The notes under the pieces are model-generated. The model was not told the origin of the DNA. It saw only the letters and a list, made by a program, of their open reading frames with translations, and did not search any database. Both the position numbers and the translations under genes were made by a program. 64,000 bases of DNA from Candidatus Fraserbacteria bacterium (GTDB taxonomy: Bacteria > Bipolaricaulota > Bipolaricaulia > RBG-16-55-9 > JANLFV01): the NCBI GenBank assembly GCA_037446135.1, contig JBBIJD010000001.1:17076-81075 (forward strand), read 5' to 3'. Within the stretch, counting starts at the first letter, position 1, and each line of letters begins with the position of its first letter. Shown piece by piece: positions 55,646 through 64,000 of this stretch.

Positions 55646-56467
55646 TCAGGCACGATGGGCCTCCTCTAAGCGGAGCTTTCGTCGGGGCGAAAGGAAGGAA
55701 AAGAGGAGGAAGAGCCCGCAGGCGGTGAGGGCGATGCTCGTCCCCACTGGGAGATCGGCCCAAAATGAGAGCCCAAAGCCCGTGAGCCCTGAGAGGGCCC
55801 CCAAGGCCGGGGCCAAAAAGAATTGCTGCCGAAGCTCCAAAGTAAGTTGCGAAGCCGCGGAGGCGGGGAGGAAAAGAAGGGCATAGATCAGGAGCCCGCC
55901 CACGAGGCGGAGAGAGCCCACCACCGTCGCGCCGATCAAGAAGAGGAGGGCCCAGAGGATGGGTTTGGCCGGGATCCCGGCCTCCTCGGCCAGCCTCCGC
56001 TCCACGAGCGTGGCCCAGACCTCTCGCCGGAAGAGGATGAGGAAGCCTGCGGAAGCGGCCAGCACCGCTCCTAAGACGAGGACATCACTCCAGCCCACCC
56101 CGAGGAGGCTCCCCCAGAAGAGGGTCAAAGCCGGGGAGGTCAGGGCCTGGCTCGGGCTTAAGGCGATGAAGAGGAAGCCCAGAGCCATGGTGAGCGGGAA
56201 GAGGATGGCCAAGACCGCATCCGCGGGAAGACCGGTGTAGTCCGCGACCGGGCCCAAGAGCGCGGCTACAGCCAGGGCAAAGAGGAAGGAGAGCACAAGC
56301 GGCGGGAGGCCGAGCCAGAAGGCTAAAGCCGCTCCGGCGAAGGCGGCATGGGCCATGGCATAGCCCAAGGCGGAGAGCCGCAGCCGAAGGGCACAAGAGC
56401 CGAGGAGCCCCGAGGTGGCCCCGGAGAGCAGGGCGGAGAGGAGGCTCGGGAGGATCAGCGCCCACAC
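55646..56467 (-). CDS. Metal ABC permease (ZnuB-like)
   Basis: AMAHAAF.G, LFWGS.L, LVG.LL..ALL.LP. Confidence 0.88.
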   Translation of the reverse strand: MWALILPSLLSALLSGATSGLLGSCALRLRLSALGYAMAHAAFAGAALAFWLGLPPLVLSFLFALAVAALLGPVADYTGLPADAVLAILFPLTMALGFLFIALSPSQALTSPALTLFWGSLLGVGWSDVLVLGAVLAASAGFLILFRREVWATLVERRLAEEAGIPAKPILWALLFLIGATVVGSLRLVGGLLIYALLFLPASAASQLTLELRQQFFLAPALGALSGLTGFGLSFWADLPVGTSIALTACGLFLLFSFLSPRRKLRLEEAHRA

Positions 56468-57177
56468 GGCTGGACCTCCGCCCAGATCTCGGCCAAGCGG
56501 ACCTTTTGGGGAAGGGGCTGAGTCTTCCCTTCTCGGACGAGGAAGGCCCGGTCGGCCCGGGCGAGGAGCTCCTCCTCGTGGACCACCGCGAGGATGGTCA
56601 GTCCTTCATCCTTCAAGTCGAGGATGGCCTGGGCCAGGTCCAGCCGGGCTTGAGGGTCCAAAGAGGCGAAGGGCTCATCGAGGAGGAGGATCTCCGCCCC
56701 TTTGGCCATGGCCCGGGCGAGGAGGGCCTTCCGTTGCTGCCCCCCGGAGAGATGGCCGATGGGCCAATCCGCCCGCTCAGCGAGGCCGAACCGCTCCAGG
56801 GCGGAAAGGGCCCTCTTGCGCTCCTCTCGGGGGAGCCTCTGCCAAGGCCGGAGCTGGCCGAATCGGCCCATGAGGACGAGGTCGAGGGTCCGGCAGGGCG
56901 CATCCGGCGGGAAGAAGAGCTCCTGGGGGAGGTAGCCGATCCTTTTGCGGACCTCGGCCCGGTGGGCCCGAACCTCGAGCCCGAAGGTCCGAGCCCGGCC
57001 ACGATAGGGGACGAAGCCGAGGAGCACCTCGAGGATCGTGGTCTTCCCGGCGCCATTCGGGCCTACAAGGAGCCCAAGCTCCTGAGGGGAGAGGGAGAGC
57101 GAGGCACCCTTCAGGGCCGCTCCTCTCCCCCCAGGATAAGCCGCCCAGACCTCCTCTAGCTCGAGGATAGGCTCCAT
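56455..57177 (-). CDS. Metal ABC ATPase (ZnuC-like)
   Basis: GPNGAGKT, IGYLPQ, LSGGQ, LDEPF. Confidence 0.9.
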   Translation of the reverse strand: MEPILELEEVWAAYPGGRGAALKGASLSLSPQELGLLVGPNGAGKTTILEVLLGFVPYRGRARTFGLEVRAHRAEVRKRIGYLPQELFFPPDAPCRTLDLVLMGRFGQLRPWQRLPREERKRALSALERFGLAERADWPIGHLSGGQQRKALLARAMAKGAEILLLDEPFASLDPQARLDLAQAILDLKDEGLTILAVVHEEELLARADRAFLVREGKTQPLPQKVRLAEIWAEVQPCGR

Positions 57178-57590
57178 GTGAAGAGCTCCTCTTCTGGCGC
57201 GGTTAAGACCTCGTCCGTAAGGCTATCCTTAGCCCCGGAAGCGAGGAGCCGCTTCAGCCACTCCTCCTGCAAGGCCACCCGCAGGGTTTGGCCATTGGCA
57301 GAGAAGACGGCCTCCGGCCTTCCGCTCGGGAGGACCCGGAGGTTCCCCTTCCCCGCGGTGCAGCCCGTGGCCACTTGGATCCCATCGACGAGACAAGAGA
57401 TCGGCGGCTCCGTCCCGGTATGGGCCTCAGCAGCGATTCCGGTGAACCCCGAAGAGCCGAGGAGCCGCAGGGCGAGGAGCCCCATTCGGAGCCCAATCGC
57501 CAGAAATGGCCCCTTGTGGCCGTGGAGCCTCACTGCTAGAGGCATAAGCCCGGCGGGGTCGATATCTGGATCGATCCGTTCCCAGCTCAT
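57156..57590 (-). CDS. FmdE/FwdE family metal-binding protein
   Basis: HGH.GP...G.RMG, C..DGIQ..TGCT.GKGN. Confidence 0.88.
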   Translation of the reverse strand: MSWERIDPDIDPAGLMPLAVRLHGHKGPFLAIGLRMGLLALRLLGSSGFTGIAAEAHTGTEPPISCLVDGIQVATGCTAGKGNLRVLPSGRPEAVFSANGQTLRVALQEEWLKRLLASGAKDSLTDEVLTAPEEELFTWSLSSS

Positions 57591-58438
57591 GGGGCACCTA
57601 CCGGCATGAGGGCCTCGACGGCGGCGAAGATGAGCTCGGCGTTCACCCGGAGCATCGAGAGCATGTCCACTGCGCCCGGGATGGGGCCGGGGAAGTTGGT
57701 GAGGACGATGTGGACAGCACCGATGGCCTGGGCCAGGCGGCCACCGAAGGAGACGCCGGACTGGAGGTTATCGATCACCAGCTTCACCCCGGCCTCACGG
57801 CCCTTGGCCGCAAGCTCAGTGAGGTCCTTCACGGTCAGCCGCTCCTCCGGAGGATAGGTGGCGACGATCTTCAGGCCGAGCCAGCGGGCGAACCCCTCCT
57901 GCCAGGCCATCACGATGGCCGGGACCTCCTCAAGCCTGAGCCCCCTGGCCCGGCCTTGGATCTCTTGGGCTAGGGCCTCAAGGTCCGCGAGGAACTGGTC
58001 AAGCCGGGCCTGGAAGAGCTCGGCCTTCTCCGGCCAGAGCTCCTTCATCGCTCCGGCGATGGCCTTGGCCTTTTCAGAGAGGGGCTCAGGCGAATTCCAC
58101 TCGCCCCCGAGCTTGATCACCTTGGCTTGGGGGTTGATGTTGGCCAAGAGCCGCTCGATCCAGGGCTCGATCCCGTGGTAGATCACGAGCTCGGCCTTGG
58201 CGAGGTAAAGGAAGTCCGAGGGCCGAAGGTCATAGTGGGCTGGGCAGAAGCCGGCGGGGATGATGGTGATCACCAGGACATCCTCCGCGCCGATCGTCCG
58301 GGCAAGGCTCCCGAAGACCTCGGAGGTGGCGACCACCACCGGCTTCTCCTGGCCTTGGCCCTGACCGCGGCCGAGCGGACCGCGCACGACCGCCAGTGCT
58401 AGCAGCGCGAGAATTAAGATCCTAAGCTTGAAACCCAT
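57587..58438 (-). CDS. Metal ABC substrate-binding protein (ZnuA-like, cluster A-I)
   Basis: Signal peptide; IP.G.CPAHYDLRPSD; HG.EPW; start MGFKLR behind GAGGAGG. Confidence 0.85.
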   Translation of the reverse strand: MGFKLRILILALLALAVVRGPLGRGQGQGQEKPVVVATSEVFGSLARTIGAEDVLVITIIPAGFCPAHYDLRPSDFLYLAKAELVIYHGIEPWIERLLANINPQAKVIKLGGEWNSPEPLSEKAKAIAGAMKELWPEKAELFQARLDQFLADLEALAQEIQGRARGLRLEEVPAIVMAWQEGFARWLGLKIVATYPPEERLTVKDLTELAAKGREAGVKLVIDNLQSGVSFGGRLAQAIGAVHIVLTNFPGPIPGAVDMLSMLRVNAELIFAAVEALMPVGAP

Positions 58439-58459
58439 CTCAGCCTCCTCATCTCCTAG

Positions 58460-58496
58460 ATAGCACCATTTTAACAAAAGTGACACAAAGGGTCAA
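58460..58496 (-). promoter_or_regulatory. Promoter with candidate NikR operator
   Basis: TTGACC-17-TAAAAT; GTGTCAC-N13-GTGCTAT straddles the -10. Confidence 0.65.
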
Positions 58497-58518
58497 GGCT
58501 GCCGAGGGGCTTGATGAC

Positions 58519-58935
58519 CTAGCGGAGCCGCTCACCCGTCGAGGTGGCTGCCAGCTTCCCGTGCTTGACTCCCTTAAGGCCGATGAGCCGGTCGGCCAGC
58601 CCCTGGACCTCGGGCCCCGGGCCGCGGACGGTCAGGACCTCTAAGCAGTTGGCCTCGTCGAGGTGGATGTGCATCGTGGAGAGAATCAAGTCGTGGTGCT
58701 CATGCTGGAGGTCGGTCAGCCGGTCAGAAAGCTCCCGCTTGTGGTGGTCGTAGAGCAAGATTATGACCCCCACGACCTCCTCGCCCGCCTCCCACTCCCG
58801 CTGGACCAGCCTGTCCCGGACCAGATCCCTTAAAGCTTCGGAGCGGTTGGCATAGCCCATCTGGGCGATCAGCTCATCGAATCGGGCGAGGAGCTCCTCA
58901 TCCATCGAGACGCCGAAACGCACTAACTCACCCAT
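58519..58935 (-). CDS. nikR: Nickel-responsive regulator NikR
   Basis: RFGVS ribbon, [19 protein letters not shown]...CLE, GVKHG. Confidence 0.95.
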   Translation of the reverse strand: MGELVRFGVSMDEELLARFDELIAQMGYANRSEALRDLVRDRLVQREWEAGEEVVGVIILLYDHHKRELSDRLTDLQHEHHDLILSTMHIHLDEANCLEVLTVRGPGPEVQGLADRLIGLKGVKHGKLAATSTGERLR

Positions 58936-59067
58936 CTTTTTCATCATACCCGAAGGGGATGCCCCCGGCGAAGGGCCGGCCAGGCCGGGCTGAGTTGGAC
59001 AACCCTTCCCCTTCTCGTTAGAGTAGTTCTGTCAGTCAGTCCAGACTCCAAGATCGAGGTGGTAGCG

Positions 59068-59784
59068 ATGGCTCGAGCGGGTCCGGACCAGAAGGGGCTA
59101 CGTGCGCTCCTTGGGGCGATCTATCGGAAGCCGCGGAACGAGGAACTCTTCGACCGGCTCGACGAGCTGGCCGGCTATAGCCAGGAGGCGACCCGGCTCT
59201 TCCGGCAGTTCGCCTTCGGCGACCTCCCCTTCCTGGAGGCCAAGAGCCAGATCGAGGCCGTCGAGAACAGGGCCGATGAAGCCCTCCGCCGGATCAATCA
59301 GGCCCTCTCCGCAGTCTTCCGCCCCCCGCCGGAGACGAAGGCCGGGCTGAGTGAGATCGCGGAGATGATCGATAACATCGTCGATCTCGTCCAGACGGCG
59401 GTCCGGAATATCGACTCCAGCCGGCTGATGGAGGATACCGAGGGCTTCGGGGAGTTCGCGATCATCCTTCAGAAGGCCACGGTGGAGCTGGGGAATGCCA
59501 TCCGCTGCCTCCGGCGGCACCAGGCCCAGGAGGAGGAGATGCGCCGGGCCGCCCGCGCGATGATCAGCCTAGAGCACGAGTGCGATGAGCTCCTCGCCGC
59601 GGAGATGAAGGAGCTGAGCCGACGAGAGGACGAGGCCCGGGCGAGAGGGGACGCCCTGGAGTTGGCCTGGCTCAGTGTCCTCAAAGAGCGCCGGAAGAGC
59701 GTCTATACCCCCCTGGAGGACGCGCTCGATGCGGCCAAAGATATCGGGAAGGCCCTGAGGCGCTATGTCCTGATCAACCCTTAA
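59068..59784 (+). CDS. DUF47 phosphate-transport regulator (PhoU-like)
   Basis: ENRAD, D.IVD, EHECD, EDALD; adjacent to the PiT gene. Confidence 0.8.
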   Translation: MARAGPDQKGLRALLGAIYRKPRNEELFDRLDELAGYSQEATRLFRQFAFGDLPFLEAKSQIEAVENRADEALRRINQALSAVFRPPPETKAGLSEIAEMIDNIVDLVQTAVRNIDSSRLMEDTEGFGEFAIILQKATVELGNAIRCLRRHQAQEEEMRRAARAMISLEHECDELLAAEMKELSRREDEARARGDALELAWLSVLKERRKSVYTPLEDALDAAKDIGKALRRYVLINP

Positions 59785-59794
59785 AGGGAGGGGC

Positions 59795-60784
59795 ATGCCC
59801 GAACTGGGGTTCCTCGTTGTCGTCGTCGGCCTGGCCTGGGTGTTTGACTTCTACAACGGGATGAACGACGCGGCGAACGCGATCGCCACGACCGTGGCCA
59901 CGGGTGCGCTCCCGCCGCGTCTGGCCGCATTCCTTGCGGCAGCATTGAACATGGCCGGGGCCCTCTTGACGACCGAGGTGGCCAAGACCGTGGGCGAGGG
60001 GATCATCCCCCCTGGCCTGATGAGCCAAGAGCTTCTCATCGCCGCGCTCATCGGCGGGATCGCCTGGGTCGCACTGGCCACGCACAAGGGGATCCCAGTG
60101 AGCATCACTCATGCCCTGATCGGGGGGCTCCTCGGGGCCGGGGCCCTGAGCGTCGGCCCCTCCCAGATCAAGCTGGCCGGCTTGGCCAAGGTCGGCCTGG
60201 CAATGGTCCTCTCCCCCCTTCTGGGCTTCGTCACCGCATTCATCGTCCTCCTCGGGTTCTACTGGGCCCTGGCGGACTTCAGGCCCAGGGCCGTCAATCG
60301 AGCCCTCCGGGCCGGCCAACTCCTCTCCGCCTCCTTTGTCTCCTTCAGCCACGGCTCGAACGACAGCCAGAATGCGATGGGGATCATCACTGCCGCGCTG
60401 GTCCTGACCGGGCGGCTCGAGGCCTTCTCGGTCCCGCTGTGGGTGATCCTCGGCTCGGGGTTCTTCATGGGCTTGGGAACCCAGCTCGGGGGCTGGAAGG
60501 TGGTCGAGACCGTAGGGATGAAGATGGCCCGGCTCGAGCCGATCCACGGGTTCAGCGCCGAGGCGAGCGGCGGATTGGTCATCCTCCTCTCGACCCTCTT
60601 CGGGGCCCCGATCAGCACGACCCATGTGATGACCTCGGCGATCGTGGGGGCCGCCGCGGGGGAGAACCTCGGGCGAGTCCGGTTCAATTGGGTGAGACGG
60701 GTCGTGGCCGCCTGGCTCTTCACCTTCTTCGGGGCCGGGGCCTGCGCTTTGGTAGCCTATCTGATCCTCAAGCTCTTCATGTGA
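59795..60784 (+). CDS. pit: Inorganic phosphate transporter (PiT family)
   Basis: NGMNDAANAIAT, PVSITH, HGSND, PISTTH. Confidence 0.93.
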   Translation: MPELGFLVVVVGLAWVFDFYNGMNDAANAIATTVATGALPPRLAAFLAAALNMAGALLTTEVAKTVGEGIIPPGLMSQELLIAALIGGIAWVALATHKGIPVSITHALIGGLLGAGALSVGPSQIKLAGLAKVGLAMVLSPLLGFVTAFIVLLGFYWALADFRPRAVNRALRAGQLLSASFVSFSHGSNDSQNAMGIITAALVLTGRLEAFSVPLWVILGSGFFMGLGTQLGGWKVVETVGMKMARLEPIHGFSAEASGGLVILLSTLFGAPISTTHVMTSAIVGAAAGENLGRVRFNWVRRVVAAWLFTFFGAGACALVAYLILKLFM

Positions 60785-60805
60785 CCGGCCGCTTCAGTCG
60801 TTCAG

Positions 60806-62239
60806 TCAGTCGGTGAGCTGCTCGGCCAGCTCGCCCTCCTGGGGGATTGGGGCCTTCTCCTCGATGACCTTCCTCTTCCAGATCCCAGTGGAGAGCAGCG
60901 CGACCGCGAGGAGGGCCGAAGCGAAGTTGCTGATCGCCATCCCGATCCAGACCCCGGTCGAGCCCAGCCCCAAGGGGAAGGCGAAGATGTAGCTCAAGGG
61001 GAGGCGGAGGGCCCAGAGCCGGACGAGCTCCATGATCATCGTCGGGACATTGTGGCCCGAGCCGCGGAAGATGGCGTTCACCGCGGCGAAGAGCCCGAAG
61101 AAGGGCATCCCCGGGGCGAAGAGGGCGAGGAATCTCTCCCCCTCAGCGATGATGTCCTCTCTTCCGGGGATGAAGAAGGCGATCAACGGCCTTCGAGCTA
61201 ACCAGATGACCACCGCCTCCGCCACGAGCAGGAGGAACATCACGGTCGTCCCCTTCTTGGCCGCCTCGCCGGCCCGTTTGGGAAGGTCCGCCCCCAGGCT
61301 CTGGCCGAGGATCGTCGTCAGGCCCACGCCGAGCCCGTCGAGGGCGATGAAGAGCAGCCCGAGGATCCGGTCCCCGATCCCGTAGGCGGCGAGGGCCACG
61401 GTGGGATTCGGAACCCGCCCGATGACCGCCATGAGGAAGACGAACCCCAGGGCCGTCCCCGACTGGCCCACCGCGGCGGGGACCCCGATCCGGAGGATCT
61501 TCCCCACCCAGGTCCACCTCGGCCGGAGCTCAGGAAGACTAAGCTTCAGCCCCCTCCGCCCGCGAAAGAGGATCGTTAGGGCCAGGATCGAGACGAGCCC
61601 CTCGGCGATCACCGTCGCCAGGGCCGCCCCGAAGATCCCCAGCTTCGGGAATGGCCCCAGGCCGAAGATCAACAGGGGATCGAGCCCGATGTTGAGGAGG
61701 ACACCTGCGCCGTTCACGAGCATCGGTGTGACGGTATCCCCGTAAGCCGCCAAGGAGAAGTAAAAGAGGAACGGGGCGAACATGAAGGGGAGCCCGAGGA
61801 AGATCACACGGATGTAGAGCGTCGCGACATCGGAGACCTCGCCCGCCCCGACCAGGAGCGGGAGGATATGAGGCGAGAAGAAGAAGCCCGCGACCCCGAC
61901 AGCGATCCCGGAGATGAAGGAGAGGGCGAAGATCTGGCTGCAGGCCAGATTGGCCTCCGCTGGGCGCTTTGCCCCGGTGTATTGGGAGATGAGCGCGCTC
62001 CCCGCCGCCCCGCCGAACCCCCCGATGAAGGAGATCAAGAGCCAGACGACCGGCCAGGAGATCTGGATCCCCGCGACCGCTGGACCAGATTCAGCAGGGG
62101 GGAGGTGGCCGATCCAGAAGGCGTCCGCCAGGTTGTAGAGCGTCTGGAGGACCCCGGTGACCATCCCGGGCCAGCCTAAGCGGACCATCGTCCAGATGAT
62201 CGGCCCATTGAGGATCTCCTCCCGCGAGAGTCTGGCCAT
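60806..62239 (-). CDS. MATE family efflux transporter
   Basis: YNLADAFW, GDTVTPM, NIGLDPLLI, GAALAT; about 12 TM. Confidence 0.92.
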   Translation of the reverse strand: MARLSREEILNGPIIWTMVRLGWPGMVTGVLQTLYNLADAFWIGHLPPAESGPAVAGIQISWPVVWLLISFIGGFGGAAGSALISQYTGAKRPAEANLACSQIFALSFISGIAVGVAGFFFSPHILPLLVGAGEVSDVATLYIRVIFLGLPFMFAPFLFYFSLAAYGDTVTPMLVNGAGVLLNIGLDPLLIFGLGPFPKLGIFGAALATVIAEGLVSILALTILFRGRRGLKLSLPELRPRWTWVGKILRIGVPAAVGQSGTALGFVFLMAVIGRVPNPTVALAAYGIGDRILGLLFIALDGLGVGLTTILGQSLGADLPKRAGEAAKKGTTVMFLLLVAEAVVIWLARRPLIAFFIPGREDIIAEGERFLALFAPGMPFFGLFAAVNAIFRGSGHNVPTMIMELVRLWALRLPLSYIFAFPLGLGSTGVWIGMAISNFASALLAVALLSTGIWKRKVIEEKAPIPQEGELAEQLTD

Positions 62240-62518
62240 AATGCTTGAGCCTCCTTCCAACCAAAGCAAGGGGCAAAGGCAGTCCAGTCAGTGAGCCTGC
62301 CCGAGCCTGCTGAGCTGGAACCAAAAGCTTACCCCAGGGTCATGCCAGGGGCAAGTGCCTAGCCTCACTGATCTGTCGGGGCGACCCTGCCCCGGGTTCA
62401 TCATGCCAAGGGCGAGAAGGAGGCCCGCTTGACAAAAGGCTTCGCACGCTCTACGAGTAGGGCTGAGATGGCCTTACCTAGGTAGTGTGAGCGAGATCGG
62501 AGGTGAAGGGAGCGGCCT

Positions 62519-63043
62519 ATGGCTATCTATCAGTTTGAGGATCGAGTCCCCCACATCGGCGCAGGGACATATATCCATCCCTCGGCGGAGGTGATCGGGG
62601 CAGTCAAGATCGGAGAGCGGTGCTGGATCGGCCCAGGGGCGCGCTTGCGGGGAGACTACGGTGAGATCCAGATCGGAGATGAGACGGCGATCGAGGACAA
62701 TTGCGTCTTGCATGCCCGTCCCGGGGAGGCCTGTCGGGTCGGGAATCATGTCACGATCGGCCACGGCGCGATCATCCATACCGCGACGATCAAAGATTAT
62801 GCGATCATCGGGATGGGCGCGGTCGTGAGCGATTGGGCCAAGGTGGGTGAGTGGGCCGTGGTCGGCGAGGGGGCGGTGGTGAAGAACTCCCAAGAGATCC
62901 CGCCGGAGCAGATCGCCGTCGGGGTCCCGGCCAAACTCTTAGAGCGGCGAATCACTCCGGAATACAAGGAGCAATGGACCCACTTCAAGGCCACCTATGT
63001 CGAGCTGGCCCGCCGATATGCTGAGGGGCTTGAGGCGCTTTAG
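62519..63043 (+). CDS. Gamma-carbonic anhydrase family (hexapeptide-repeat) protein
   Basis: LRGD, EDNCVLH, TIGHGAIIH, IGMGA, GVPAK. Confidence 0.9.
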   Translation: MAIYQFEDRVPHIGAGTYIHPSAEVIGAVKIGERCWIGPGARLRGDYGEIQIGDETAIEDNCVLHARPGEACRVGNHVTIGHGAIIHTATIKDYAIIGMGAVVSDWAKVGEWAVVGEGAVVKNSQEIPPEQIAVGVPAKLLERRITPEYKEQWTHFKATYVELARRYAEGLEAL

Positions 63044-64000
63044 ATGGCTCTTACGGCCATTGAGGCAGCCGTCCCACCGCCCATGCAGATCGTGGTCAGG
63101 CCGTGCTCGAGCCCCCGCCGGCGGAGCTCATAGATCAAAGTTGTTAAAATCCTTGTCCCCGATGAGCCGATCGCATGGCCTAGCGCGAGCGCCCCGCCAT
63201 TGACATTGACCCGCTCCCAATCCCAGCCCAGCTCCTTCCCATCGGCCAGGGTCTGGGCGGCGAAGGCCTCATTGACCTCGATGAGGTCGAAGAAGTCGAG
63301 CTTGACCCCTAACTTCTTCAACAACATCCTCGTGGCGAAGACCGGGCCATAGAAGAGCTCGATGGGCTCCACCCCGGCCACGGCGTAGCCGATGATCTCC
63401 GCCAGCGGCCGCAAGCCCCGTCGCTTGGCCTCGTCTTTCGACATCACCAGGACCGCTGAGGCCCCGTCGCAGAGCCCGGGCGAGTTCCCCGCCGTGACCG
63501 TCCCGCCCTCCTGGAAGACCGGCTTGAGCTTGGCCAGCTTCTCTAGAGCCGTATCGGGCCGGATCGTCTCGTCCCGCTCAAGGAGGCCGTCCTTGAAGGG
63601 GATCGGGATGATCTCCTCCTTGAACTTCCCTTCCTCGGTGGCCCGCGCGGCCTTCATGTGCGATTCGTAGGCGAACCGGTCCTGCTCCTCCCGAGTGATC
63701 CCCGACTTCTTGGCGGTATATTCCGCCGCTACGCCCATGTGCTTGTCCTCGAAGTTGCACCACAGGCCGTCATAGACCAGCAAATCCTTCACCTGCTGGT
63801 CCCAGAGGCGGTAGCCGGCTCGCGCGCCGGGGAGGGCGTAAGGGGCGTTGGTCATCGACTCCATCCCGCCGGCGATGATCGCCTTCGCATCCCCGGCCTT
63901 GATCGCCTGGGTCGCGAGGATCACGGCCTTGGTGGCCGAGCCGCAGACCTTATTGACCGTGAAGGCCGGGACCTCCGGTGAGAGCCCCCCGCGAATTGAA
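63040..64000 (-). CDS. Acetyl-CoA acetyltransferase (thiolase), 5' end beyond the window
   Basis: TVNKVCGS, GGMESM, NEAFA, GGALALGH.IG.SG, C.GGG. Confidence 0.93.
   Translation of the reverse strand, partial: SIRGGLSPEVPAFTVNKVCGSATKAVILATQAIKAGDAKAIIAGGMESMTNAPYALPGARAGYRLWDQQVKDLLVYDGLWCNFEDKHMGVAAEYTAKKSGITREEQDRFAYESHMKAARATEEGKFKEEIIPIPFKDGLLERDETIRPDTALEKLAKLKPVFQEGGTVTAGNSPGLCDGASAVLVMSKDEAKRRGLRPLAEIIGYAVAGVEPIELFYGPVFATRMLLKKLGVKLDFFDLIEVNEAFAAQTLADGKELGWDWERVNVNGGALALGHAIGSSGTRILTTLIYELRRRGLEHGLTTICMGGGTAASMAVRAI

Overview
A GC-rich, gene-dense bacterial window with about 60 CDSs. I saw no rRNA, tRNA, CRISPR array or transposase. Predicted outer-membrane beta-barrels plus several archaeal-type genes would fit a deep-branching diderm such as Bipolaricaulota/Acetothermia, but that is inference only. 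The standout is a 12-kb island at 25.6-37.6 kb that looks like a non-canonical chaperone-usher-like pilus system with its own c-di-GMP circuit. It holds an usher-like protein (Ig/beta-barrel/SdrD-B/PKD), a PapD-like chaperone fused to a dockerin-like Ca2+ domain and three pilin-like paralogues. It also holds three c-di-GMP-I riboswitches (one single, one tandem pair), a CHASE4-type histidine kinase with an OmpR-family regulator, an Hpt-REC-GGDEF cyclase and a PAS-GAF-HD-GYP phosphodiesterase. Two phased 11-bp direct-repeat arrays sit 11 bp upstream of the -10 boxes of one pilin gene and the cyclase gene. Elsewhere there is a hydantoinase/oxoprolinase-racemase-Opp catabolic operon, and two GDH genes flanking a nucleotidyltransferase and a phosphoesterase. 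The window also has an ArcE-like enzyme, NAD salvage genes, a NikR-linked ZnuABC-like/FmdE operon, a candidate sRNA, a 36-aa membrane peptide with a sequestered SD, and an apparent strong avoidance of ACGT and GTAC. All protein family calls come from recognising motifs by eye, not from database searches.
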